Assembly (NCBI GenBank): GCA_951406725.2
Contig: OX597816.1
Coordinates: 47,926,001 to 47,990,000, forward strand
Length of the DNA stretch: 64,000 bases
Reading direction: 5' to 3'
Source of the DNA: Octopus vulgaris
Lineage: Eukaryota
The translations under genes were made by a program, and so were the position numbers. The notes under the pieces were generated by a model. It saw only the letters and a program-made list of their open reading frames with translations. It did no database searches and was not told the DNA's origin. This document shows, one piece after another, positions 49,868 through 63,111 of this stretch (positions are counted from its first letter, which is position 1; the number at the start of each line of letters is the position of its first letter).

Positions 49868-50675
49868 TACTAGACTGACTGGAGCTACCAATTATTAAAA
49901 GTTTTTTTCTGTGTTGTCCAGAGGCATTTGCACATTTAGGAACTGTTAGCTGTTCTGTATTAGGCTCTAAATTACTTGCTTTATTGAAACTTCTCAATGT
50001 TTACAATGTTAAACATTTCCAGTGAAGACTGGTTTTATCACCATTGTATATTTGATCAACTGTAAGATTATTTTCCTTGACAAGTTCATCAAATGTTATG
50101 CCATACACGTATAGCCACTTCTGAGTCTGCCAGCAATGTCCATTATTTTTCGCCAGTCAGTGTCCATTTTCCGATACCACAAAGTATCTTAAATTTAGTC
50201 AAGCAAGAAATCGATAAAAGTTTCCAAATCCATTCTCTCATTAAAATCTTTAGCCTTTGGCTAAATTTATAGGTTCAGATATAGTTACACTCTCCAATTG
50301 CTTCAATGAAAATCACTCATGCAATATTTTATTGAAATTTTTACTTGTTGCTTCATGCACATTTCTTCTGTCTGCTATTTTACTGTTAGGCTCAGAAGAT
50401 GCAGTAAAATCTAAAAGCTATTCTTTTGAGTTCTTACTATCAGATACAGTTGAAGATCAGATATGATATATAGAAGAAAATGTGACATCCAAACTAACCA
50501 TGATTATATTGAAGAGTTATAGGTGAGAGTTTATCTAAATAATAGCTATATCTATCTTTGTAGGATCAGACACATGTTCACTTTGCAACCATCATAAGGT
50601 GGCTAATGTCTTCTGAATGGAATTTGATAGACAAGAGCTGTCTTCCAATCAAGCCAATCAATATATATATATATG

Positions 50676-50716
<41 letters not shown>

Positions 50717-50808
50717 ATATATATGTTTGTATATATATATCTATATATATATATATATATATATAACGGGAAGCTTTATGAAAATAAACAAAAGATGAAG
50801 GCAGGTGG

Positions 50809-50840
<32 letters not shown>

Positions 50841-50849
50841 ATGATGATG

Positions 50850-50902
<53 letters not shown>

Positions 50903-50903
50903 C

Positions 50904-50934
<31 letters not shown>

Positions 50935-50951
50935 CATATATATATACATAC

Positions 50952-51018
<67 letters not shown>

Positions 51019-51051
51019 TAGATATATATATAGATAGATAGAGAGATAGAG

Positions 51052-51100
<49 letters not shown>

Positions 51101-51848
51101 TACAGACATGCACACATTTACACATACACAAATATCTACATATATGTGTGTGTATATGCACATGTATATACACATACAGAATCATACATGCACACATAAA
51201 TACATATATACATAAATACAAACATGCGCAAATATTAACCTATAAATATGTGTGCAGTTACATACACATACACATAAATACAAACATACACACATACCTA
51301 CATACTTATATACACACATGTATACACAAACATATATACATATATACATATAAATACTATCCTCATTTAATACTGGCATTATATATACACACATATAATG
51401 CCAGTATTCTTACATATCAGTTATAGTTTTCAGTTAGAGAGGAACATGAATTTGAAGTGTTGAAGTGATTTGTAAATTTTGTGTATACATGTGGAGATTT
51501 AATCTGAATTTTTCTTTCATATATTTGAGTTTAATATATTTAATATATTAGGGTTTAAGATTTCAAGAGATTCTGTGGTGCATAACTGACATGGTTTAAA
51601 GTTATTGGAGTACAATTTGGAGGAGAAGAAGAGAACTAATACTTTATATTATAGGGGTTGAACTGATGGCAGAAACTCATCAAGAACACACCCCAAATCT
51701 TGGTTCAACTTCAGTTTGGAACACTCCACACCTGACATACTCTCCTCCTTTTCTACTGAAAGGAAAATGCAGAGAACAAAGACAACTCTTCTCTGTTGCT
51801 TTCATTGGCTTCATAAAGGCAATCAACCTAAGAAGAAGAGGCAGTAGT

Positions 51849-52165
51849 CTTTTATTCTTTTACTTGTTTAAGTCATTTGACTGCTGCCATGCTGGAGCAC
51901 CGCCTTAAAGATTTTTGTAGTCAAAGAAATCAACGCCCAGAACTTATTCTTTGTAAGCCTCATACTTATTCTGTCGGTTTTCCTTTTCTGAACTGCTAAG
52001 TTATGGGGACGTAAACACACCAGCCTCAGTTGTCAAGCAATGGTGAGGAGACAAGCACAAAAACAAGAACACACACATAAATACATACATATATACATAA
52101 TACATACATACATACATACATACATACATACATACATACATACATGCATACATACATACATACAC

Positions 52166-52217
<52 letters not shown>

Positions 52218-52380
52218 GAAAGGATTCTTTCAGTTTCCATGTACCAAATTCACTCACAAGGTGTTAGTCAGCCTGTGGCCATAGTAGAAGACACTTGCCC
52301 AAAGTGCCATGCAGTTGGACTGAACCCAGAACCTTGTGGTTGGGAAGCAAGCTTCTTACCACACAGCCACACCTGCACCT
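51849..52380 (-). mobile_element. Family A SINE with expanded internal microsatellite
   Basis: Reverse head-to-tail match. Confidence 0.85.
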
Positions 52381-52384
52381 ACAG

Positions 52385-52745
52385 TATGTTCAAAATTTTC
52401 ACTAAGAACGGTTGTCCCTTGAGGCTTCTTGGGATAGTTCAGTTTATCTGTACAGACGAGAGCTCTTCTTTAGAGACCTTTAATGTCTGTAGCTGTATCA
52501 AGCAGGATTGTGTGTTGAAAATTGATTCCACCCTGTTCAGCATAATTTTTGCAGTCATATTTTAAAGTATAACTTAGGAACATCATGTCGAATCAAGCAG
52601 GTGGCTACTCACTCTATGCATGCTAACTGTAACAACCAAAGTACATGAAGTACACATCAAGGACATGTTCTTTGTAGATCATGCATTGTTGGTAATACAC
52701 TTTGAGGAGTAACTGTAACACCATATGTACAGTTTTTCAAAGAAA
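52385..52745 (+). mobile_element. RTE-clade LINE reverse transcriptase fragment
   Basis: FKIFTKNGCPLRLLGIVQ..IKQDCVL..STLFSIIFAV..TKVHEVHIKDMFFVDHALL, matching the GVKQGCVLAPTLF and LFADD motifs in decayed form. Confidence 0.8.
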
Positions 52746-52774
52746 TCAACCTGAGACCTTTGGTGATATACTGA

Positions 52775-53275
52775 GAAGGCCCATCAAGCCAAGTGAAATC
52801 GTAGTCATGGTTGATGCTGGTGTTACATAACTGGCACCCATGCTAGTGGCATGTAAAAAGCACCTTTCAAGCATTAGATCTCATGGAGGCAAAGTGGCTG
52901 AGCTCCTTTTGAGTGTTGGACCTCATGGAGGCAAAGTGGCTGAGCTCCTTTTGAGTGTTGGGCCTCACAGAGGCAATGACCAAGACCTTTGGCATTATGT
53001 CATGCTTGAGAAAAAGACTCATCAAGTCAAGTAGAATCACAGTCGTGGCAGATACTGGTGTCATGCAAATGGCACCCATGCCTGTGGCACATAAAAGTAC
53101 CCATTACACTTTAAGAGTGGTTGGCATTAGGAAGGGTATCCCAGCCATAGAAACCACACCAAATCTGATTGGAGTCTGGTGCAGCTTTCCAGCTTACCAG
53201 CCCTGGTCAAACCATCCAATCCATGCCAGCATGGACAATGGGTGTTAAATGATGATAATGATGATAATGATGATG
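52775..53275 (+). mobile_element. RTE-type short retroposon with an internal ~42 bp tandem duplication
   Basis: ctcatggaggcaaagtggctgagctccttttgagtgttgg occurs twice; 3' aggaagggtatcccagc...gttaaat(gat)n. Confidence 0.7.
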
Positions 53276-53294
53276 ATATAAATATATATTCAAG

Positions 53295-53353
<59 letters not shown>

Positions 53354-53379
53354 GGCTGATAGATTTCTTTGGTGTTTAG

Positions 53380-55371
53380 TGTGTGAAGACAGAGAAGATT
53401 GCATCAAAATTGAGTAAGGAACTTGAAACAATTAAGATTATTAGAATGTGGTATTAGTAATATTCCTCTAATGGAAACACAACATTGAAAAGTCTGTAAT
53501 TAACAGTGAAAAAAATCTTACATTAAAAAATATTCTAGAATTCACAACCTCATCTGAACCTTACGATAATATTGCTAAAAGGAAAAGTTAACATTTGGCC
53601 TAAATTAAAATCTCAATAATGTTTTGTCCAAATGGCTTTTATTAAAATGATCAGAAGGTATAGCAATTACTGGACTGATGCTTATTGCCAAAGCAAATCC
53701 ATTTAAAAAGTAAATGAACATTGAATCATGGTGAGCATTTAGTGATGGATGGTTTAGGAATTTTAAGACTTGTCATGGTATTAGACTGTTAGATACTACT
53801 AGAAAGTGACAGTCAGATGATACACAGGTAGCAACAAAAAATGTGCAACACCTGTCACAATCTGTAAATGACTAGGATTTCATAGCTTAACAAATCTCTC
53901 TATATATAAAGCTGAAGTTGTCTGTGTGGCAGGTTTGGTAGCCTTCAACTAACACTATCTCCTCCGAGACCCTGTGGCGCAAGTTGACCAACATTGTGAG
54001 TATGATAGAAGAAGGCTTGCCCTTCATTCCGTAGAATAAAAAAATTCAAATTGGACCATGTTAACACCAAAAGTTATTTACATCAAAAAGGTGCTTTTTT
54101 TCTATGAAAATCCCTATTTTTTACGATTTTTTACTGCTGTGTCGCCATTTTTCGGTATATTTCAACCAGAAAAATGTTCACAAGCTACATAATGCAAAAT
54201 TTTTACTTTTCAAAAATTCCAATTGTAAAGGGTCGAAACAAATCCTAGCAATGCCGGGCAATACTGCTAGTGTATAATAATGATAAAAGAATACTTAACT
54301 GGAAGTGTTTGACCACAAAAATTTGAATAATCATTGAATAAAAGATAATGGAAGTTAAGATATGAAAAGACTAACTACTCTTACATATGCTAACGTTTCA
54401 AATCAGTATAAAACTGAGCTTTTGGTGATTGGCAAATTTAAGTGTTCATGATCCCTTAAGAGAATTGCACATATAGCAGTAAACTATAAAACCTCAGAGA
54501 GATTACTTGAATGGATAAAGACATATTTTGTGGTTGGTTTGTTCATGATTTTGTTCCATCACTTTCTCAGAAACCTGCAGGAAGCCTGTGAATACAAAGT
54601 GTCTGTTACTTCTTGCCAACTGTAAGGGTCAGCCACATGAATCAGAACTAATGTCTGATTGAGGAGTATTTATACATGCTACTTGCCATCACATGTAGCA
54701 TTATTGATTCTGCCCATGGATTGGATTAATGTGTTGTTAGGAACTTTAAATGTCTCTGTGAAAATGATTTTATGGTGGAAATAATGAATACAAATGTCAA
54801 TCCTTTAGAATTTCAACACAGCTTTATGATCAAAGATGCAATATTTGCACTTGTGATTACACGGAGTGCAGTCAAGTGTGAAACATCTTTTAAGGGAGTA
54901 GTGAAAGTTAGGACCAAATGTGATGTTTGCAGATGCAGTGAATGATCAATATAAAGATTTTGAAGGCTTCCATATAAAGCTGAGGGTATCTGATGTGAAA
55001 GTGAAACTGTTTAATTATTTCTGGAAGACAACCCTCAGTGTAAACTTAATGCTGCTGAGATAAAAGAGTGGATACATAATAGAGATGATTTTGAAGTTGC
55101 AGCCACTCTCCCTGATGAAGAAGTTTGAGAGAATTACAACTCCTGATAAAGATGAAGAGAATTATTCTGAAGAACCTGGTGAAGAAGATAACAAATTCGA
55201 AGAAAGAACATCATTGGTTCATGCAGAAATCTGTACTGAAGTGGTCAATAAATTTGGTAAGAGAACCATATCTTCAGCCTTCGAAATATTACACTTGTAC
55301 ACATAGAGTGAAATAATCTTATCACAAAGAAATTACCAAGTTGTAAACAAGGTGATATTTGAAAATATTTA
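53380..55371 (+). pseudogene. Tigger/pogo (Jerky-like) transposase remnant, copy C
   Basis: FSDGWFRNFKTCHGIR, QMYNNDKRILNWKCL, KRLTTLTYAN, LLVIGK, WFVHDFVP, CLLLLANC, LLILPMD, RNFKC and KQGDI*KYL. Confidence 0.85.
53895..54270 (+). mobile_element. Non-autonomous Helitron
   Basis: 5' TCtctctatatataaag and 3' cctagcaatgccggg...CTAG, inserted between A and T with no TSD. Removing it restores caa atg tat aat in the Tigger frame. Confidence 0.85.
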
Positions 55372-55372
55372 A

Positions 55373-55560
55373 CCCTTTTGATACCAAAGCCATCTGAGAC
55401 CACCTATGGCTTGATGATAAAAACTTCTCATTTCAAAATGATCTACATTAAAACCATCAATCAAAATTTCGTGTCAATTTATGTTCCTGACACCATCTTA
55501 ATAACGACAAAGTTATTTTACTAAACTCTTTATTATTTTAGATTAATTCGTACAAAGGTA
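55373..55560. mobile_element. Partial piggyBac-type MITE related to 21443-21663
   Basis: TTAA-cccttttgatacc start and shared caatttatgttcct..aagttattttac. Right TIR missing. Confidence 0.65.
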
Positions 55561-56304
55561 GTGAGGATAGCAGATGATAAAGAAGTTATAGAAATGAGTG
55601 AATGAATTTGTTCATTGTTTTGTATTTTTGTACTTTGTATGAAAATGTGTTGTGGATCTTTTTGGTTTAACACACTAGTTCCAATTTTATTGAAAATTTC
55701 TGCACAGATGTAGTTTTTTTTGTGTTATTACAAAAATCCCAACCATCTTTTTTTTTTTTTTTGAGAAATTAATAACAAAACTTTTCATAACGTTTTTATC
55801 ATTTATTTTTCCAAAGTTAGTTGTGAATTTTGTAATTGACATACAAAGCAGCATCTATGTACAAATTTTCAATAAAACTGAAACTGAAAAGATTCTGTTT
55901 CATTAATAAACTAAAAATAAAAATAATCAATTTGCATAAAATAACATCTACTTTTATTTTTTATCGTATTCTCTTTTGCTACATACATTTCTTTAAACAG
56001 AATTTAAAGCATTATACCCCCTTTGTCTTTGTTGAGAATAAAAACAATCGCTTGCATTTTTGTCAAGTGTTGAGTTTATTTTTCTTTAAAACTGTTTGTA
56101 TAAATGAATCAAATAATATTTACTGAAGAATAAACTACCAAAATTTACCTAATTATCTCTTTATCTTTCTGTAAATTTGATTATTAAAAGTACTGTCTGT
56201 GAATCTGGAAAAGCCCTAAATCTAGGCCAAACTCAATCCTTAAGCAGTATGGCATTTCAAGCTTGTACAGTGTTTGTATGTGCATATATATATATGATTC
56301 ATCC

Positions 56305-56485
56305 AAACATGAACAAAGAGAAAACACAATGCGAGGACGTGGAACAAGTGTAGTGTTATTGGACGCTCAGGAAAGGAAAGAAAGGAGGATTTAATGTTTC
56401 AAGTGGAGCTCTTTGTCAGAAACATAGGAAAGGCCCAAGGAAGGGAAGATGGAGAAAGAAAATCGCCAACAATACACACGCGGTC

Positions 56486-56490
<5 letters not shown>
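56305..56490 (-). mobile_element. Penelope-like pseudo-LTR fragment with CpG-decayed hammerhead (56389-56423)
   Basis: Homologous to 8545-8730. Minus strand: gttt-CTGACAA-a-gagc-tcc-actt-GAAA-ca-TT-aaat. Confidence 0.65.
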
Positions 56491-56545
<55 letters not shown>

Positions 56546-56809
56546 GTATGTATGTATGTATGGATGGATGGATGGATGGATGGATGGATGGATGGATGCA
56601 TACATATCCTCTTTCTCCTCCTTGTCATCATCATCATCATCATTGTCATCGCCAGCATAATTTAATGTCTGTCTTCTATGCTGGCTTGGTTGAAAGGTTA
56701 GAAAAGATCCAAAAGGACTGAAGACTGCACCCTACACCCATGTTACCGATACAGTCTTATGTAGCCTGTGCTACAGAGGTGATTGATACTTTCATCTCCT
56801 TTCCTGCAG

Positions 56810-57043
56810 ATCAAAGAGGCCAAGGAACAGAAGAAAGAAGAAGAAGAAGAAGAAGAAGAAAGAAGATGTGCACCCAACACAAGAGCTGAAGACACCTCCA
56901 AAAGAGCTGGGGGCCACCATGTCAAAACGGTAGAGGAGTAGGAGCTGAAACCGGACGTGGTTCCTCCTGATGATGTCTTGAGCTAACTGGATCCTATAAA
57001 GGAGCTGTTGTAGTTGCAGACCATGAAACATGGTTGAAATTCC
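56810..57043 (+). mobile_element. Second copy of the two-core structured repeat, inserted in the LINE zinc knuckle
   Basis: Reverse complement of 45835-46053. It splits the LINE SCR|ICRK motif. Confidence 0.7.
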
Positions 57044-58510
57044 TACAGCTACTGTGTGACTGAATTTTGTCAATCTTTACCTTTATCAGATTTGTTCTAA
57101 GCACTTGTTCCTGAGCAGCTCTAGTCAGCAATTTGGTCTCTTGTTTCAGGTTCTTGTCCATCAGCCAGAGCCAACATTCTTTACATCCAATATTCTCAGT
57201 TTGTTGCATGAATTGACCATATAATTCTATTTCTTTCCATTTGTTTGTTCTGTTGTTCTTCCGTCTCTGAGTTCCCCAACTGTTTTAGTCCCTCTTGGGG
57301 AAATCTCTAACTGCTGATAGTATTCTTTCTTTATTCTGCACAACATAATTTCTCAATCCAATATTACGCTACTAATAGTGTCTACTGTGTTTAATAATCC
57401 TCTGCTTCCTTCCTTTCTTGACAGGCAGAGTTTATCTGTGTTGCTTTTAGGGTGGTGACTGTTGTGCATTGTGAGCAGCTTTCTAGTTCTTCTATCTGAG
57501 TTCTATAGCTAAGCCTTTGTTCATTTCAGAAAGGGAGCAGATTATCTTGATAATGGAATAGGCCATGCATTTATTGCTTAATGATATTCCCTCCATTTAA
57601 TTTTGTTTTCAGCTCCTTCCTACTTCTCCTCTTGTACTCTTTTGAGTTTTTTCCCTCTAATTTCACCTTCCAACATTCTATCATCTTGCAGGAACCCTAA
57701 ATATCTGTACCCCTCATTATTTCACTGTGATCTAATGACATTGTCTTGTGGTAATTTTGTCTTCAGAATTTATCTTCTGGTCTCTCTTCAAACTGCATTT
57801 CAATATCTCTGCTGAATATATTTAAGGTTTAGATCAAAGAATCCAGGTCTTTCTCATTTTTGCACATACTTTGAGGTCATCTATACAAAGCAGGTGTTTT
57901 ATTTTCACCTTGGTTTTGGTAAACTAATAGGCAGGCCTGGATTTTCTTAATATACTTGTTTGAGGAATTAATTAAATGAAGAAGAGTAGTCGAGAGAGCA
58001 GGTCTCCCCAGAAAATGCCCCTGTGTATTTTTATATTTCCTAGTGATTCATTTTCACATGTCAGTTCTACTTCCCACACTCTTATTGCATCTTTCAAAAA
58101 GCTGTTTATCTTTTCATTGACTCTGTGAATCCTTAGGCACTCCAAGAGCCAGCTGTGTTGAACATTGTTACACAGCTTCCTGTAATCTATGCATCAGTTA
58201 ATTCTTCTCTCATACTTGCATTTCATTTAATAATCTTCTATCTACATATATCAAACCAGCAGTCTCCCTTGATCTCTTTCTACATCCTTTTTGCTACTCT
58301 GGAAATAAATTTTCCTTTTCTACAAAATTATATACTTCATCTACCCTGAGGTCAATTAATAACTGCCAGAATAATAGTAAACAAGTAACAGGCCTACAAT
58401 TGCTGACATCCCTCTCCTTTTTCTGTCCTGATACAGTATCAGCATTATCATTCTACTCGTCATCTGTGGTGGCATTCCATTTTCTATGCAGCCAATAAAA
58501 AACAGTTGTA

Positions 58511-59076
58511 TTGGGTTGTCTGGAAAGTTTGTGCTGATTTATAGTAGTTTACCTTTCGACTTATTTTAGAACATGGTCGAGTCCAGAAAATAGGATTTGA
58601 CTACACCTCCATTTAGTGCACAGTTTAAGCTATCTTTTCAGGGAAGAAGGTTTATGTTCCTATAACCTGTGTTAATTCTGTAATCCTTTAAAATGGAAGA
58701 TAAGAAAGTTCATTTTCAGCACTTGATGCTTTGGGAACCAGACAAAAATTGCTGCAGCTCGGCTAGGATGTGTTACTCCACCTTCCTTATTCACCAGATA
58801 TTGCTCCTTCGGATTTCCACTTATTCAGTTCTCTGTAGAATAGTCTTAATGGTAAAAATTTCAATTCCTTGTATGACGTAAAGAGATACCTTGATGAATT
58901 CTTTGCTATGAAACCACCTCAATTCGAGGAGGAGGGTATTTTCAAGTTAAAGGAAAGATGGAGACGCATTGTGCAACAAAATGGTTCATATTTGGTTGAT
59001 TAAAAATGTTATGACAAGTATTTAGAGACCTTTTACTTTCCTTTAAAAATCGGCAAGAACTTTCCGGACGACCCAA
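58511..59076 (+). mobile_element. Internally deleted mariner (DD34D) element
   Basis: TA-ttgggttgtctggaaagtt ... aactttccggacgacccaa-TA; MEDKKVHFQHLMLWE, PYSPDIAPSDFHLF and KLKERWRRIVQQNGSYLVD*. Confidence 0.92.
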
Positions 59077-59902
59077 TATATAACTGTACGTATTTGGGAA
59101 ATTTTTGAGCCAGAATTCCTTAACAACCTCAAGAGTTTTCCAGTGTGGTACTTTCTTGATTATCTCTTTTATTTTCTTATCTGTAATTGCTATATTTATA
59201 TTTTCTTGCATCACTCCAACTTCTATTTTTTCTTTCAAATTCCTGCAACCAGTCTGCTTTTATATTCTTTTGGACTTCTTGCTCCAAATTTCTGCCCTGA
59301 ATTTTCTTGCTGCTTCAGTGTCTGGAATATCATTCCCCCAATGCTCCTCCTCATTGTTCAGTCATTTATAGAATTTCTCAAAGGCGCTATTCTCCTGGTG
59401 ATTTATTTTCACTGATTTGTTCTCTGTTGGTATCTGTTTCTTCCAGCTGACACTGCTTTTAATCTTTTTGTCTTTGTTCTTCTTTAACTACCAGTAGTCC
59501 TTTGTATCTTCTGTTGCCCTTTCTTTGCTGTTCATTCCTGTGGCTTTCCCTCACTCTCTTCCTGTCTATAACTGCATATATCAGTTCAATATCTCTCTTG
59601 AGTTGTTTCATTTGGTTCTCTGCATTTTGTCCATCTCTATGTTCTGTGTTCAAATTCTACCAAGGTTGACTTTGGCTTTCATCCATTTCGAGTTCAATAA
59701 AATAAGTATCAATCAAGAACTAGTGCTGATATATTTGACTTAACTCCTCCCACAAAATTGCTGGCCTTATTCCTATACCAGAAAGGGTCATTAGTATTAC
59801 TAGCTGACCCTGTGTCATCAAACGTTATGGCTAATTGTAGTATTTTATATATAAAAAGGGTACAAAATGGTGAAAAAAAAAATCAAACAGTGCTTCAACT
59901 CT

Positions 59903-59940
<38 letters not shown>

Positions 59941-60174
59941 CTGTGCATATGTATACATTTATATGTATGAGTAGCACAGTCTGTAGTGAACACAACTTTC
60001 TATACTTTGTCACAGCCTGCATCCTTCCTTTTAAGTATGCTTGCTTATATATATATATATATGTGCGTGTGTGTGTATGTGTTTAAATGAGCATGTGTCT
60101 GTAATTCTATTTTCTATATATCTTTCTAAATAAACATACACAAACACATATACACTCACTCAAATATTATTAGT

Positions 60175-60435
60175 CTTTTACTCTTTTACTTGTTTCAGTC
60201 ATTTGACTGTGGCCATGCTGGAGCACCGCCTTTAGTCGAGCAAATCAACCTCAAGACTTATTCTTTGTAAGCCTAGTACTTATTCTATCAGTCTCTTTTG
60301 CCAAACTGCTAAGTTACAGAGATGTAAACACACCACCATCGGTTGTCAAGCGATGTCGGGGGGACAAACACAGACAATCAAACATATACACATACATACA
60401 CATATACAATGGGCTTCTTTCAGTTTCTGCCTACA

Positions 60436-60485
<50 letters not shown>

Positions 60486-60653
60486 TATATACAATTGGCT
60501 TCTTTCAGTTTCTGTCTACCAAATTCACTCACAAAGCTTTGGTCGGCCCGAGGCTATAGTAGAAGATACTTGCCCAAGGTGCCACACAGTGGGACTGAAC
60601 CCGGAACCATGTAGTTGGTAAGCAAGCTACTTACCACACAGACACTCCTATGC
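60175..60653 (-). mobile_element. Family A SINE with internal duplication
   Basis: Reverse match; ggcttctttcagtttctg is duplicated around (CA)n. Confidence 0.88.
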
Positions 60654-61311
60654 CTATCTTATGTAATATTTTATATTTATTGTATAATACTTTATATTTA
60701 TGCCATTTACTATATATTTGATGCTTTGGGAAGCATTCCTCACACAATACCTTCTATACAATCAACGTTTAATTCCTCGGACTTCCAATCTGATACACTA
60801 ACATCACTGACTTGCTTAGTTTCTGCAAACTGTCAAAAATTCAATGTATCTATGATACCTTCCCTAAATACAGCCATTCATTTGTACATCTGCACTAAAT
60901 ATTCCGATAATACAATATTTTTTCTACAGACACTCATGGACTTACATACTGAATAGCTACTTCGTGAATACATTGATTATGACTAATGAATTTTCTTATT
61001 ATATTTTAATTATAATCTAATTACACATTACTTTCTAATTTATATTTTGCAAAATCTCATTTGGTATCATTTCACTTCTTTCTTCTTTATTTTTATCTCT
61101 ATCCTTCACCTTATCTTATCTTACTTTGCATTATTTTATTTTATTTCAGATAATTATATTTCATTGTAGTTCTAATCTATATCTTATTTTTGAGTTATCT
61201 GGAATTATCTATTCACATATCTTATTATTCTACTCATCTTAATTTATTTAAAGTACCACCTTCATTAAACTGCCTTGGATCTCTTTTCTTCTCTTCTCTC
61301 TGTATTTTATA

Positions 61312-61790
61312 TACAAGTGCTTTCCAGAAGTTTTCAGACATTTTCAAGGGAGACATGATGATGATGATGATGATAATGATGATGATGATGATGATGAAGA
61401 ACAAAACTCTTTCAATGCACAAGTTTTAGTGCTCCCACCACTTTGTGAGAGCCCCATGGCAATCCTCCAAAATGAAGGTGTCCAACACCCCTGTCATAGC
61501 TTTCTTCATCTTCTCAATGCCTTCAAAACAACTGCTCCTGAAGTTCCCCTTCAGCTTGGGAAAAGTTACAGGGAGCAAGGTCCGCACTGTAGGGTGGGTG
61601 AAGGACATATCTGTCAAGTAATGGGTTGCCAGAATTGAATTGTGGACTGGTCATTGTCCTCATGCCAGTGCTCTGGCCTTTTGTAACAAAATCTATTTCT
61701 GAATTCCTGCAAAAAACCTCCACAAAGAAGTCTTTGTTGACCATCAGTATAGACAGAACTTAGTAGATGTAGATGATGCTCTTGCTTCAC
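61312..61790 (-). mobile_element. mariner transposase 3' remnant
   Basis: VNKDFFVEV, HPPYSADLAPC, FPKLKG, FEGIEKMKKAMT and KWWEH. Confidence 0.8.
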
Positions 61791-61842
61791 CTGACCTCTT
61801 GTGCCAACAAAAAACAGGTTAGTCCATTAGCAGTCTGGGTTA

Positions 61843-62290
61843 TTTACTCTTTTACTTGTTTCAGTCATTTGACTGCGGCATTGCTGGAGCACCGCCTTTA
61901 GTCGATCAAATAGACCCCGGGACTTATTCTTTGTAAGCCCAGTACTTATTCTATCGGTCTCTTTTGCTGAACCGCTAAGTGACGGGGACGTAAACAACAT
62001 ATATATATATAGAGAGAGATAGATAGATAGATAGATATAGATGTATATGAGACTGTGTGTGCATGTTTGAATGCATATACATTTATATATAAATTCTTTT
62101 TTACTATAGGCACAAGGCCCAAAATTTTGGGGGAGGGGGCCAGTTGATTAGATCGACCCCAGTACACAACTGATACCTAATTTATCGATCCCGAAAAGAT
62201 AAAAGACAAAGTCGACCTCAGTGGAATTTGAACTCAGAATATAAAAACAGATGAGATATCACTAAGCATTTTGCCCGATGTGCTAACGTT
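61843..62290 (-). mobile_element. Family A SINE 3' half and adjacent family B SINE
   Basis: A tail at 61843-62000; B at 62095-62290. Confidence 0.8.
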
Positions 62291-62539
62291 TTAATTATCT
62301 TTTTTTTAGCTAAACAGTATGAAACTTCATATACTGACATAATTTCTCAGACAGAACTTTGAAAATACTCTTCACTCTTTTACTCTTTTACTTGTTTCAG
62401 TCATTTGACTGCAGCCATGCTGGAGCACCGCCTTTAGTAGAGCAAATCAACCCCAGGACTTATTCTTTGGAAGCATAGTACTTATTCTATTGGTCTGTTT
62501 TGCCGGATTTGGCAGATAGAAACTGAAAGAAGCCCATGC

Positions 62540-62880
62540 AATCATTGTCGCCTTACTGGTACTTGTGCCAGTGGCACGTGAAAAACATTTGCATGAGGTC
62601 ATTGCCAGTGCCGCTGGACTGGCTCCTGTGCAGGTGGCACGTAAAAAACACCATTTGAGAGAGGCCTTTGCCAGTACTGCCTGACTGGCCCTCATGCCGG
62701 TGGCACATAAATGCACTCACTACACTCTAAGAGTGGTTGGCATTAGGAAGGGCATCCAGCTACAGAAACTCTGCCAGATCAGATTGGAGCCTGGTGCAGC
62801 CATCTGGTTTGCCAGTCCTCAGTATAATCGTCCAACCCATGCTAGCATGGAAAGCGCTCGTTAAACGATGATGATGATGA
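62540..62880 (+). mobile_element. RTE-type short retroposon
   Basis: gtggcacgt.aaaa repeats, aggaagggcatccagc and aacccatgctagcatggaaagcgctcgttaaac(gat)n. Confidence 0.75.
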
Positions 62881-63111
62881 TTATACATATGTGTCTGCAT
62901 GTCTGTGTGTGTGTGTGTGCATTGATTGAAAGGATAATTATAGTCTTGGCTATTGTCTCCTCAGCACATCATACAGGTTTCTGACTGGTGTTGTATTCCA
63001 ATAGTCAAAGGAAGACTGATAAGATTCCAATTAATACAAAGAGAAGCACTTTGCAAAAACCAAAGCAAGATCCAATAGGCTTAACATAAGTCCCGCAGAG
63101 TGAAAAGTAAT

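Larger units (their letters stand above)
46900..50520 (-). pseudogene. Tigger/pogo (Jerky-like) transposase remnant, copy B, split by two MITEs
   Basis: CENP-B HTH (NKILHE*FSLK, TKFKILCGI), QIYNGDKTSLHWKCL, EQLTVPKCANASGQHRKKLLIIG, KDWFT, HNFKCHYRNDFM and C-terminal KQNNIRKFF. Many stops and frameshifts. Confidence 0.8.
56745..59645 (-). mobile_element. R4/Dong-clade LINE remnant (RT + CCHC knuckle), decayed
   Basis: HWKT..FWLKNF, NCRPVTCL, IDYRKLC..HSWLLECL, RGIFWGDLLS, HLLCIDDLK, WLWL..LKQETKLL..AAQEQVLRTN and CR|ICRKGDESINHLCS. Confidence 0.85.

Noticed and set aside
51666-51908. 80-aa ORF MAETHQEH...
   Set aside because: It runs into a SINE tail and has no domain or splice support.
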